Shown piece by piece: positions 13,193 through 26,341 of a stretch of DNA of 64,000 nucleotides. The number at the start of each line of letters is the position of its first letter. Position 1 is the first letter of the stretch. The stretch is taken from contig CM075991.1 in NCBI GenBank assembly GCA_038087875.1, positions 14,200,001 to 14,264,000 of the forward strand, in the 5' to 3' direction. The stretch is from Malacoraja senta (Eukaryota). The notes below the pieces were generated by a model. That model had not been told where the DNA came from. It saw only the letters and a list, made by a program, of their open reading frames with translations, and did not search any database. Both the position numbers and the translations under genes were made by a program.

Positions 13193-15339
13193 ATAGACAC
13201 AACAAGCTGGAGTAACTCAGCGGGACAGGCAGCATCACGGGAGAGAAGGAATGGGTGACGTTTCGGGTTGTGACCCTTCAGACTGAGAGTCAAGTGAGAG
13301 GGAGTCTGGAGATATGGAAGGGTAAGGTGTGAAAATGACAGATCAAAGCAGATGGTGGTGAGGAAATCAGCTTTGATCTGTCGTTTTCCTATCTCACCCG
13401 TCCATATCTCTAGACCCCCCTCTCCCCTTACTCTCAGTCTGAAGAAGGGTCTTGACCATTCCTCTCCAGAGATGCTGCCTGTCCTGCTGAATTACTCCAA
13501 CATTTTTGTGTCTATCTTCGGTGTAAACCAGCATCTGCAGTTCCTTCCTCCACCTTTGTTGAAGTTGTCTGAACATACGTTTAGTTTAGGTTGGGGATAC
13601 AGCATGGAAATTGGCCCTTCGGCCCATCAAGGTTTAGAGGGATATGGGCCAAATGCAGGCAAGTGAGACTAGTGTAGACGGGACATCTAGGTCAGCAGGG
13701 GAAAGTTGGGCCAAATGGCCAGTTTCCATGCTATGACTCCATGCCCACCATTGATCATCAGTTCAAACTACTTCTATTATCCTACTTTCTCATCCACTCC
13801 CTACACACTTGGGGCAATTTTTACATGGACCAATGAATCTATAAATCGACTCGTCTTTGGAATGTTAGTACATACAATGATGAGAGGCTTAGGTAGGGTA
13901 AACAGTCAACCTTTCTCCCAAGGTAGATTCAAATACTAAGGGTGTGGTTTTAAGGTGAGAGGGGCAACGTTTTATTACACAGGATGGTGAGTGCCAGGAA
14001 CACACTGCCAGGGGTGGTGGTTGACACAGATACCATAGTGACGTTTAACATTTTTAGATAGGTACATGGATATGGATTAATTGCAGGCAGATAAGAATTG
14101 GCATCAATAGACATTATGGGCCGAAGGGCCTGTGTTGTACTTTGGACCTTAGAGACACAGGCCCTTCCGCCCACCGAGTCCGTGCCGATCAGCGATGGCA
14201 GTAGCACTATCCTACACACTCGGAGCAACTTACACTGAGGCCAATTAACCTGTACTTGTGTTCAATGAAACTGGAGCACCCAAGGTCAGGATCGAACCGG
14301 GGTCTGTGGCGCTGTGAGGCAGCTGCTCTACCAGCTGCGCCACTACCCGAGGGAGGATTTGCGGAAACTTGGCTGTTTTTGTTGAGGCAGGGAGAAGAGA
14401 GGCGGGGGCGGGTTTAAGACGTTACTTTGGTTTGGAGAGGGGGAGGTCAGTGCATGCTACAGAACTGTTGAGCCTGAAGCAGCAGCAATCCACTCCATTA
14501 AGGAATAAATATTTAAAGCAAAGATAGATGCTTGTGTTGGAAGATTTGTTTTCGCTGAGTTGCAAATGGTTGCAGGAATCCAGGTCTCTAACTTCAGCTT
14601 CAGTGAGAGGGCTTGAAGCCTCTTTAATAACCGCCTGCAAATGGCAGTGTTGAATCCTTTCGAGTAGTTCCACGATTTACCCTCAGGCTGTCTGTCTGTC
14701 TGTCTGTCTGCAGGAATGTTTTGTTAGCCCTGGGATTCTGCAGCAGCTAGAGTTATTCTCTGAAAAACAAACTTTCTTCTTGTGATTGATTCTCGGAAGG
14801 GAGACACAAGCACGTCTGTGACCAGATGTCGTCCGCCAGAGACCCCGTGTTTGTAGAATGGTAGCCCTGAAGTTGATTTAAAGGCCTGGGAAAAACACAC
14901 TGTCTTTGTTCCATTTAGATCCTTAGTTTGGGCAGGGACTGTTCAAGTCGCCATCTTCATGAGAGAAAAATATTGTGGGAAGAACTAAGCTGGGAGAGTG
15001 TGCGGGACTTTGTTGTCCTGTTCCCATTCCCCACTTCTGCAGTAACCCTGGGACAACTCCATACTCAAGGCAGCTGATGGGGTGGGTTTTTCTGCTTGTG
15101 TTTTTTGGCCTGTTGCAAAAGTTGTTTGGATGTTGCCCAGTGTTAGAGGCTGTTTACAATTGTTATACGAGTCAAACACAAAACAGTACAGTGCATGAAC
15201 AGGCCCTTCGGCCCACAATGTTCCCCTCTAAACATGAACCCAAGTTACACTTAACTCCGCTGCCAGCTCGTGATGGATATCCCTCTGTTCCCCGCATGTC
15301 CATGTGCCTATCTAGAAGCCTCTTAAACGCCACTACCGT

Positions 15340-15722
15340 TAGGGTTGCCAACTGTCCCGTATTAGCTGGGACATCCCGTATATTGGGCTAAATTGGTTTG
15401 TCCCATACAGGACCGCCCTTGTCCCGTATTTGACTGCTGCTACTCGGGTCGAGGGGACTGTTGGGTCGGAGCGCCGCGTCCGGCCCCACGTCCGTCCCCG
15501 CCTCACCCGTCCCGTCGTAGTGCAGCCCATGGAGTGCAGCAGCAGCAGCAGCACCTCGCCCGTGGCCCCATCGGTCGGTTGGCCCGGCCAGCTTTCAGAC
15601 CTTCGCTTACCGCCAACACCACCACCCCTCCTCATGGCCGATCGCCCGGGCCAAAACTCCTCAGCTGGCCCTGCCGGCTGGGCTTTGTGTGCAGTCCAGC
15701 ACCCGGGCCAACTCATCACTCA
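15340..15722 (+). mobile_element. hAT-like DNA transposon left-end fragment
   Basis: Begins TAGGGTTGCCAACTGTCCCGT with repeated TGTCCC subterminal motifs and a GC-rich interior. No matching right TIR found. Confidence 0.55.
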
Positions 15723-17583
15723 CCCACGTTCCTGGTTATTGTTGCACATCCTACACCAACCGGCTGAAGGAGTTATGCAGTCGATTGGAATATGGTAGAC
15801 TGGCTTGCAGCACTTGTGCAGCAGAGGTACCATGCTGTTCTGGACAAAGTGGCGCAGCTGGTAGAGCTGCTGCCTCACGACGCCAGTGACCCGGGTTCGA
15901 TCCTGACCTTGGGAGCTGTCCGTACGGAGTTTTCCCATTCTCCTTGACCTCCGGGTGCTCCGGTTCCCTCCCGCATCCCAAAGACACGCGTGTTTGTCGG
16001 TTGGTTGGGCCCCCGTGTGTAGCGAGTGATCGACGGTCGTCGTGGGCCGAAGGGTTGGTTTCCGCGCTGCATCTCTAAACTAGGCGAGGTCTGCTGTACA
16101 CTACAATGTAGGAAGTATGTGGGCAGCTTTGTGGGGAGACCAGAGGCTGGCTCCAGGCTCCAGGCTGGGGTATAGACCATGTACTTACTGCAAAGCCACC
16201 CGCGCTGCCTGGCTAATCAACGGCTGTCACTGAATAACAGGCCCTGCGTGGGGGAATAGCAATTTTCAGACTTGAAAGTAGAACAGACAGGACTTGTTGT
16301 GAATCGCCGCTGGGCTGAGTATGTGGCAGCTCTTGAGCTGACCAGGAGTCGGGTATCTCACTGCCCCCGCGTGCTAGAGTAACTGATGGACAATCTCCAG
16401 CTCAATCCAGGCTGCCTCGTGGTGGTGTATGGTGGAACAGCCATCTCTACCTCAATGGAGACGTCTGAACGATCTTTAGTCCTCCACTAAAGTTGTACTT
16501 AGTTTAGTTTTGTTTCGAGACAGAGCGAGCGAGCATGGTGACGGGCCCTTCAGCCCACCGTGCCCGCCCCAACCAGCGATCACCAGTTCTCACTAGCTGT
16601 ATCCCACACACTAGGGAGAATTTACCGAGCCCAATTAACCTACAAACCCGCACGCCTTTGGGATGTGGGGGGGGAACCAAAGCACCCGGAGGAAACCCAC
16701 GAGGTCACACGGAGAAAGATAGAAACATAGAAAATAGGTGTAGACCATTCGGCCCATCAAGCCAGCACCGCCATTCAATATGATCATGGCTGATCATCCA
16801 GAATCAGTACCCCGTTCCAGCCTTCTCCCCATGTCCCTTGATTCTGTTAACCCTCAGAGCTATCTTTTGAAAACATCCAGTGAATTGGCCTCCACTGCCT
16901 TCTGTGGCAGAGCATTCCACAGATTCACAACCCTCTGGGAGAACATACAAACTCACTTCTTTCGTGTGGCGTCCACAGCCTAAAGTTGTTGGACAACTTG
17001 TTCTATTTGATCTTCCGTTTGTGCGCGTTGAGTTGATTGCATTCGTCGAAACAGGTGAAGGTTGCAATCTTCCACCCCACAAACTCGCTGCAATAGGCAA
17101 TAGGCAACAGGAGCAGGAGTAGGCCATTCGGCCCTGCGAGCCAGCACCACCATTCAATGTGATCACGGCTGATCATCCCCAATTAGTACCCCGTTCCTGC
17201 CTTCTCCCCATATCCCTTAACGCCACTCTCCCTAAGAGCACGCGAGGTCAGGATTGAACCAGGGCCTCTGGCCTCTGGTGCCAGGGAAGGAGGGAGGGCT
17301 TGCGGCAGGAAAATAAACTGTTGCATGAGTTCACGTGGCGAGGTCACGGGAGGTTACACCCAGGCGCTGGGACCTCAGACAAGGGGGCGCTTCCAACTGC
17401 AGCAACCAGGCTTCCTGGCATTGTGACTTGCAAGCTACTTATTACCCTGGACAAACTGCTTCCCAAACCAAATAGTTGGCACTGACTGCGCACAGTTCCT
17501 GCTGCAATAACCACTCTGAACAAGACGTCTTTTCATGCTGCTGTTTCCAGGGTGCAATCATCAGTTTAATAAAAATAGTCTCG

Positions 17584-17898
17584 TTTAGTTTAGTTTGGAG
17601 ATACAGCGCGGAAACAGGCCCTTCGGCCCATCGAGTCTGCACCGACCAGCGGTCCCCACACATTAACACCACCCTACACACACTAGGGACAATTTTACAC
17701 GTCCCCCAAGCCAATTAACCTACGAACCTGTACGTCTTTGGAGTGGGGGAGGAAACCGAAGATCTCGGAGAAACCCCACAAAGTGATGGGGAGAACGTAC
17801 AAACTCCGTACAGACAGCACCCGTAGTCGGGATCGAACCCGGGTCTCTGGCGCTGTAACTTAAGGCAGCAACTCTACCGCTGCGCCACCGTGCTGCCC
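17584..17898 (-). mobile_element. Full-length HE1-like V-SINE
   Basis: Reverse-complement A/B boxes, V-domain and (CTAAA)n tail. Confidence 0.92.
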
Positions 17899-19754
17899 CA
17901 ATAGGTGGAGAGGTCCTATCCTACAGGATGAGTGGACCCTCATAGAGTGTTTGGTGACTCCTTTGAAGAGGTGGGGCCTTGGGCTGGATCGGTAGTGCTG
18001 GTGAAAGCCACGGTGGTACAGCACGGACAATGGACCATTGGACCCTCTCCCTGTGTGTGTGTGTGTGGGGGGGATACAGTCTGGCCCCCTCCGTCTCCAA
18101 GCCTGGCCGTCCGAAGCCTTCACTGTTTTGTGACCCCCCCCACCTCCACGTTTCACCGGAAGAGCGCTCGGAATTGAAACTAATCCAGATCGATTTCCAA
18201 TTTCCTATGTGTAAACAGTGAGGTGGAATCTAGCAGGAAGTCCACAGAAGAGGCATGGATCTCTTTATACACTGGAGTTTATCTTTTAATCTGTCGGCTG
18301 GCCAAGAAAGCGAGTGTTTAACTGTTTGCTGTTCTTGGCTGCAGCTTGAGGATGTAGAAGGACTATTAATAGAATCTCGGGGGCTGGAAGGTTTATCCCA
18401 TGAGGGTTTGGTGATGTTACTATTAGTGTGAAAGAGTGTATTGGATCCTTTGTGTGCCCACTGTATGCCCACAGAAACGACCTCACCAGGCTGCTGGGTA
18501 CAGTCAGAGCTGTAGTTCAGAGATACAGAACGGAAACAGGCGAGTCTGCGCCGACCAGCGATCCCCGCACATTAACACCATCCTAGAGGACAATTTACAC
18601 TTATACCGAGTGTACAAACCCAAGTACAAACCGGTTCGCTTTGGAGTGTGGGAGGAAACAGAAAAATCTGGGAGAAAACCCACGCAGGTGACGGGGAGAA
18701 GGTACAAACACCGTACAGACAGCTCCCGTAGTCGGGTTCGAACCAGCTGTAAGGCTGCAACTCTACTGCTGCGCCACCACGTGCCGCCCAGCTGTACTGG
18801 GTGGAAACATGTAGCAACAAGGAACTGCAGATGCTGGCTGACAGGAAAGTGCTGGAGTAACTCAGCGAGTCAGGCACCAGCTCTGGAGCAAACTGATAGG
18901 TGACATTGTGAGTACCGTCACCCACGAAACGTCACCCATCGATCTTCTCCAGGGATGCTGCCAGACCTGCTGAATTACTCCAGCACCTTGTGTCCTTTTA
19001 ATACAGGCCCTTCAGCCCACTGAGTTTGTCCTGACCTACAGTGATCGCACTTCATTAAAAAAGGTCCACACAGAAACAGGCCCTTTGCCCACAATGTTTG
19101 TGCCAAAAATTAAACTCATCTCATGATCCATTTGCTGCATATCCACGTGCCCTTCTCAAAGCTTCATAAATGTGATACAATATTATATCCATCTTCACCA
19201 CCAATGCGATCCAGGCCTCCACCAACTCCGTGTAAAAAAAACTTGACCCACACATCCCCATGAAACATTCCCACTCTGGCTTATATCCATGCCCTCTAGT
19301 GATCAACATTCCCACCCTGGGAAAAGGTTCTGACTGTTTACCCTGTCTATGCCTCTCATGATTAAAACCCCCCAACATTTTAATGGGAGAAAACCCACGC
19401 GGGTCACGGGGATAACAGACAAACACCGTACAGACAGCTCCCAATGTCAGGATCGAACCTGGGCCTTTGGGGCTTTGAGGCTGGGTTTCTCCAGTTTCCT
19501 CCCACATTCCAAAGACGTACAATTCTGTAGGGTGTGTCAGAAGGAACTACAGATGCTGCTTTCAATTTTGTACGTTCGTTGGCTTCTGTAAACTGTCCTA
19601 AGTGTTTAGGGTAGAACTCATTAAAGGAGTGATCGCTGGTTGGAGTGAACTCAGTGGGCCGATGGGCCTGTTTGCCTGCTGTTTCTCTGAACTAAACTCA
19701 ACATCCTCTCAGCTTCCTCCCCTTCTCCTGAAGGTATCGTCCCACTCACAAGCA

Positions 19755-20335
19755 TTTTATCGGGATGGCATCACAGCACGGTTTGGGAACAGCTCTTTCG
19801 AAGACCGCTAGAAATTGCAGAGAATTGTGGATGCAGCCAAGACCATCACACAAACCAACCTCCCTCCCATTGACTCCATCTACACCTCACGCTGCCTTAG
19901 CAAGGCCAGCAGCATCATCAAGGACCAGTCTCACTCCCTCTTCTCCCCTCTCCCATCAGGCAAGAGGTACAGAAGTGTGAAAACGCACACCTCGAGATTC
20001 AGGGACAGTTTCTTCCCAACTGTTATCAGGCAACTGAACCATCCTACCACCAACCAGAGAGTGGTCCTGAACTACTATCTACCTCATTGGTGACCCTCGG
20101 ACTATCTTTAATCAGGTTTTACTGGACTTTACCTTGCACTAAACGTTATTCCCTTTACCAATAGAGTGATGCAGCGTGGGAACACGCCCTTTGGCCCAAC
20201 TTGCCCATGCCGGCAACATGTCCCAGCTACACTTGTATGTGTACACTGGACGGCTCGATTGTAATCGTGTATTGTCTTTCCACTGACTTGTTAGCACGCA
20301 ACAAAGCTTTTCACTGTACCTCGTGGCAATAAACG
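19755..20335 (+). mobile_element. Rex1/Babar-like LINE 3' end, interrupted by a CR1 tail
   Basis: LQRIVDAAKTITQTNLPPIDSIYTSRCLSKASSIIKDQSH...RFRDSFFPTVIRQLN and 3' tail ...CACTGTACCTCG...CAATAAA. Confidence 0.8.
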
Positions 20336-20980
20336 CAACTATTCTAAACTCCTCGGGCACTGAAAGCAGTGGCGGTGAGTGGGGTCAGTGGTGGCAATGG
20401 GCAGACCGAGGGTCCGCATTTGGATGCGGGGATGGAGGGGAGGATGGTCATGTGTGGAGATCGTATCCAAAATGGCCGTGACCCTCTGCGACCCAGCTTG
20501 GTACAGTCACCGTGGGCCCGAACACACTGCTGGTGGTGGCACAGGCAGAGTCAAGCACATCAGTACTAGTTTGGGCGCCATGGTGTGCAGCTGGTTCGAT
20601 CCTGACCTCGGGTGCTGTCTGTGTCTGTGTGGAGTTTGCACGTTCTCCCTGTGACCTGCGTGGGGTTTTTCCGGGTGCTGCGGTTTCCTCCCACATCCCA
20701 AAGACGTGCGGGTTTGTAGGTTAATTGCCTTCTGTAAATTGTCCCGAGTGTGTGGGGAGTGGATGAGAAGGTGGGATAAACACAGAGCTTGTGTGCACAG
20801 GTGATTGATGGGTCGTGGGCCGAAGGGCCTGTATCCATGCTGCATCTTTATTATTGTAGTTTACAGATACAGCGCGGAAACAGGTCCCTCAGCCCTCCAG
20901 GACCAGGCCGGCCAGCCATCCCCGCACACTAACACTATCCGTCAAATGGGTCTTGGGAGGATTAGTGTGAAAAAGATTCA

Positions 20981-21191
20981 AAGGCCTGTCCCACTTGGCG
21001 ATTTTTTCAGCGTCTGCCGGCATCGACTGACGTATCAGGTCACCGAAACGACGCGGCGTGATGACGTATGGCGCGCGGTGTTTTTTCGAGTGCAGCAACG
21101 GTTTTTATGCCGCCGCTGGATTTTGAAATGTTCAAAATCTTTTGGCGACACTGATATGAGGCTGAAAAAATGGCCAGGTGGGACAGGACCT
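20981..21191. mobile_element. PIF/Harbinger-type MITE
   Basis: TIRs AAGGCCTGTCCCAC / GTGGGACAGGACCT with 3-bp TSD TCA. Confidence 0.75.
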
Positions 21192-22032
21192 TCAGCGTCT
21201 GTACTGAGTCCTGGGTCCTGACCCATTAACAGAGGGCCAGCATTGAGGATGCATGGAAGAGTTGGAAAGGCAAATGGACTGTCTGCCTTTGTAGGATGGG
21301 GCTGGTGTAGGGGGGTTTGCTACAACTGTACAAGGGCTGACGGTGGGCAGCGTGGACGAGGATCTCCAAGAGTTGTCTTCTGAGGAATCAGTGAATAGAT
21401 AGGGTGGCAAAGCTGGCTGAGCCTCTGCCTCACAGCGCCTGAGACTCGGGTTCGATCCTGATCTTGGCCGCTGTCGATGTGGAGTTTGTGCGTTCTCCCT
21501 GAGATTGCTTGGGGTGATCCGGGAGCTCCGGTTTCCTCCCACGTACCAAAGACGTGTAGGTTTGGTTGGTCTCTGTAATTCGCCATGAGTGGGCAGGGAG
21601 CGGATTGTTGGCACTAGTGTGAACGGGTGATGGATGGTCAGCACGGATTGATGGGACGAAGGGCCTGATTCCATGCTTTATCTCTAAACTGAAAAACTAA
21701 ACTAAACTGTGGAGTTTGGAAGGATGTGAAGAATGCTGGCTCTGTACTGAGAGACACAAAATGCTGGAGTAACTCAGCGGGACGGGCAGCATCTCTGGAG
21801 AGAAGGAATGGGTGACGTTTTGGGTCAAGACCCTTCTTCAGACTGAAACGTCAACCATTCCTTCTCTCCAGAGATGCTGCCCCTGTCCCGCTGAGTTACT
21901 CCAGCATTTTGTGTTTACAGTTTAAACCAGCATCTGCAGTTCCTTCATACACCGGCTCGGTAGCAAGACAGTTTTCCAAGTGCAGGTGTCTTGATATCTG
22001 GGAATGTGGAAAGAAGCCCCCTCAGGATTAGG

Positions 22033-22547
22033 TGTTTAAGAAGGAACTGCAGATGCTGGAAAAATCGAAGGTAGATAAAAATGCTGGAGAAACTCAGCGG
22101 GTGAGGCAGCATCTATGGAGCGAAGGAATAGGTGAAGTTTCGGGTCGAGACCCTTCTTCAGACTGATGTGGGGGTGGGGGGGGGGGCGGGAAGAAGAAAG
22201 GAAGAGGCGGAGACAGTGGGCTGTGGGAGAGCTGGGAAGGGGAAAGGGAAAGAAGGAGAAAGCCGGGACTACCTGAAATTGGAGAAGTCAGTGTTCATAC
22301 TGCTGGGGTGTAAACTACCCAAGCGAAATATGAGGTGCTGCTCCTCCAATTTACGGTGGGACTCACTCTGGCCATGGAGGAGGCCCAGGACAGAAAGGTC
22401 GAATTTGGAATGGGAGGGGGAGTTGAAGTGCTGAGCCACCGGGAGATCAGGTTGGTTATTGCGAACTGAGCGGAGGTGTTGGGCGAAGCGATCGCCAAGC
22501 CTGCGCTCGGTCTCACCGATGTAGAGCAGCTGACACCTAGAGCAACG
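22033..22547 (-). mobile_element. TSD-bounded Penelope-like element fragment (GIY-YIG plus tail with hammerhead core)
   Basis: 11-bp direct repeat TCAGGATTAGG at 22022-22032 and 22548-22558. Minus frame reads RCSRCQLLYIGETERRLGDRFAQHLR...MNTDFSNFR*. Minus-strand CTGAAGA-AGGGTCTCGACCC-GAAAC at about 22132-22162. Confidence 0.9.
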
Positions 22548-22904
22548 TCAGGATTAGGGGTCTCCATGATGAGGGGGTGGACCTCTTCTCTCACTGGGTG
22601 GTTGGTGACTCTGTTGAAGTCTCCAACCAGGTGAGCTGTGAAGACCCAAGTCATTGTATATTCTTGGGTCTGATGTTCTCTGACTTTCAAGCGGATGAAG
22701 GGCGATGGGAACCAGGTGGGAAGGTGATTTGGTGTTCTGATGTGTGCTATGAATTCGCTTGGTTTATATCTGCACTGGGTGGCAACACAACATTTAATAG
22801 GAACCCGAGGGGCAACTTTTTCACACAGAGGGCGGTGGGTGTATGGAACAAGATGCCAGAGGAGCGAAGGAAATAGGCAAAGTTTCGGGTCGAGACCCTG
22901 CTTC

Positions 22905-22938
22905 GGTCTGAAGAAGGGTCTCGACCCGAAACGTTGCC
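22905..22938 (+). ncRNA. Minimal type-I hammerhead ribozyme motif (PLE-associated)
   Basis: GGT-CTGAAGA-A-GGGTC/TC/GACCC-GAAA-CGTT-GCC: catalytic core boxes, stem II hairpin, palindromic ACGT in place of stem III, and only a 3-bp stem I. Confidence 0.7.
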
Positions 22939-24175
22939 TATTTCCTTCGCTCCATAGACGCTGCCTCACCCGCTGAGTTTCTCCAGCATTTTTGTCTCCC
23001 TTCGATTTTTCTCCAGCATTTTTGGCTACCTACGAGGAATTTCTTTAGTCAGAGGGTGGTGAATATGTGGAATTCATTGCCACAGAAGGCTGAGGAGGCT
23101 AAGTCAGTGGATATTTTTAAGCAAGAGATTGTCAGATTCTTGATTAGTACGGATATGGGGAGAAGGCAGGAGAATTAGAGATAGATCAGCCATGATTGAA
23201 TGGCGGAGTAGACTTGATGGGGTGAAAGGACTAATTCTACTCGTATAACGTATGAACTTGTGAATAGTTAGCCTTACCAGTGGGGAAGGGCTCCTGTTGA
23301 GGCTAGAATTGGGGCAGGGGTTGGGTGTTGCATGTTTAGAGGAACTTACAGAGTTAGTTAGTTTAGAGATACAGTGGGCAAAGGGACACTTCGGCCCACC
23401 AAGTCCGCGCTGACCAGCGAGCCCCGCCCACTAGCGCTACCCTAAACACTAGGGACAATTGTCAGAGGGCAGTTAACCTACAAAGCTGCACTTCTTTGGA
23501 ATGTGGGAGGAAACCTGAGCACCCAGAGAAAACCCACGTTGTCACAGCGAGAACGTGCAAACACCACACAGACAGCAACCGTGGTCAGGATCTAACCCGG
23601 GTCTCCGGCACGGTAAGGCAGCAACTCTACCGCTGCCCTAGAAGCAGAAGTGAGAGTGGGAATTCCACTGAGTTACTCCAGCTATTTGTGTCTTATCTTG
23701 TCTAAACCAGCATTTGCAGTTCCTTCCTACACATTCACCGAAGCGTCGTTTACACCAAAGATAGACACAAAAAGCTGGAGTAACTCAGGCAGCATCGCAG
23801 GAGAGAAGGAAGGGTGACGTTTCGGGTTGAGACCCTTTTTCGGACTGGCTTGAGTTGGGCTGTGACGCAGGCTTCAACGTTGTACATGAGCTGGAGGCTG
23901 TGGTGAGTGGAAACCAGGAGTGCAGCCAAGATTGGTGCATTAGTCACACCTGGAGCAGGCAGACAGACAGGCACGGATGACAGCTTACATTCCTGGCATC
24001 TGTCACATCACTGGCAGTGCGTAAGGACATAACACTGGAACTGTGAGCTGTGTGACGTCAGGTATTTACATTTGGATTCATTCCTGTAAGTGTTGGAGAT
24101 GTGGTCATTAGTCACCTGCGGAATGTGCTGTGTCCAGAGATTGTCACAGGTTGAATCTGGTGGGGTTGTGGCTAA

Positions 24176-24206
<31 letters not shown>

Positions 24207-24560
24207 CGTGCGTGTGTGTGTGTCTGCGCGCGTGTGTGTGTCTGTGCGCATGTGTGCGTGCGTGTGTGTGTCTGCGTGTCTGCGTGTGTGTGTGTGCGTG
24301 AGTGTGTCTGTGTGTGTGTGTCTGCGCGCGTGCGTGTGTCTGCGCGTGTGTGTCTGTGTCTGTGCGTGTGTGTGTGTGTCTGTGTGTGCGTGTCTGCATG
24401 TGTGTCTGTGTGTGCGTGCATGTGTGTCTGCGTGCATGTGTGTGAATGTGTGTGCGCGGGGGTGTGGGTGCTTGAGTCAGCGTCTGCGTGAGTGAGTGTG
24501 TATATGCGTGCTTAAGTGTGTGTGCGCGTGCGCATTTGCACGTGTGTGTGCACTTGTCTG
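24176..24560. repeat. (TG)n/(CG)n microsatellite with Z-DNA potential
   Basis: Alternating purine-pyrimidine tract seen directly. Confidence 0.95.
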
Positions 24561-25464
24561 TACACACTAACCCCTTGAGTGGTCCTGACCCATCTACCTC
24601 ATTGGAGAGCTTCGGTCTATCTTTAATCTGACTTTTATTGGACTGTATTTTGTATTAAAGATTGTTCCCTGCATACTGTACAATGTGGATGGTTTGATTG
24701 TAAACATGTATAGCCTCTTAGCTGAACGGATAGCATGCAATAAGAATGCTTTTCACTGTACCTCGGTACACGTGACTAATAAATTAAACCAAACTACACT
24801 AGCAGTGAGGCATCCTGCCAGCAGCTAAGTCAAGAGCACTGTGGTGCAGCGGTAGAGTTGCTGCCTTACAGCGTCTGAGACCCGGGTTCGAGCCTGACTA
24901 CGGGTGCTGTCTGTATGGAGTTTGTACGTTCTCCCCGTGACCCCCTGGGTTTTCTCCGGTTTCCTCCCACACTCCAAAGACGTACAGGATTGTAGGTTAA
25001 TTGGCTTTGGTAAAGATTGTGAATTGCTCCTCCTGTTAGGATGGCTCTAACGTTCGGGGTGATCGCTGGTTCGGCACGGACTCGATGGGCCGAAGGGCCG
25101 GTTTCCACGCGGTATCTCTAAACTAATCTAAACTGAAAGTGTAGGAAGGAACTGCAGATGCAGGTTTACACCCACAAAATGCTGGAGTAACGGGACGGGG
25201 CAGGCAGCATCATTGGGTGATGTTTTGGGTCGAGACACCTCTTCAGACTGAAGATAGACGCAAAAAGCTGGAGTCACTCAGCCTGTCATACAGGCAGCGT
25301 ATCTGGAGAGAAGGAATGGGTGATGTTTTGGGTCGAGCCCCTTCTTCAGACTGGTTAGGGATAAGGGGAAGGGGAGATAATAGACAATGATGTGGAGAGA
25401 CTGAAGCAGACTATCCAATCCAATCCAACTTTAATTGTTAAGCACTTTAAAACAACCAATGTTG

Positions 25465-26020
25465 GCCAAAGAATAGAATAGAATAGAAACTTTATTTGCC
25501 ACACGACCAGGGTTGGTGGTAATTGGGTTCGGTACATGATGGTACACTGCTTTAGCACATTAACACTAACAACAATAATAATAAAGCACATCACAAATCG
25601 CAAATCTCACCAACAATACATAGTGCAAAAGAACAGACAAAAACCATAGACAAGACACTGTATACATCAAAGTCAAAAAGTTATTGGAGGGAATTAAGTG
25701 TTCTTATTGCTGAGGGGAAGAAACTGTTTTTAAAACGGGTGGATTTTGTAGCAAGTGACCTAAGGCGCCTCCCTGAAGGGAGAGACTGGAAAAGGTGGTT
25801 TGCTGGATGGGAGGGGTCCGAGATGATCTTTGTTGCCCGTTTTGAGGTACGTTGGAGGTAAATGGAATGGATTGAGGGGAGGGGAGAGTTGATGATCCTA
25901 GAGGCCTTGGAGACAATGCGCTGTATTCTGTGTAGTGAGTGACTGTCAGTGTTTCCGTACCAGACTGTGATTGAGGAGGTGATGATGCTTTCAATGATGG
26001 ATTGATAGTGCTGTACAGAA
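25465..26020 (-). mobile_element. Rex1/Babar-like LINE 3' fragment (divergent subfamily)
   Basis: YQSIIESIITSSITVWYG...IISDPSHPANHLFQSLPSGRRLRS...RFKNSFFPSAIRTLN; AATAAA plus (TTCTA)n tail. Confidence 0.8.
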
Positions 26021-26341
26021 GAATAAACAACACATGATAAACAGACAACATAACACAACATGACGGTGTCGACACAGCAAAGGCACGGTCCCCTCTGAGC
26101 TTCAAATAAAAAGCACAACACACTATTAGAGATTCAACATGAACCAAAGCTCCATTACATTCGTCGGGGAGTAGGGCTGGATCTGGGGGTAGAGGGCGAT
26201 TGTTCGCACTAACGGAGGTGTTTGTCTTTTGCAGCAGGTCCGTTTCCAGCTGAGAGCTTCAGACGGTGACGGAGCGAGCCGATGGGACGGGCGCCCAGAT
26301 GGTGATAGAACCGGCTGTGGGCGAGCAGACGCGGTAGTGGA

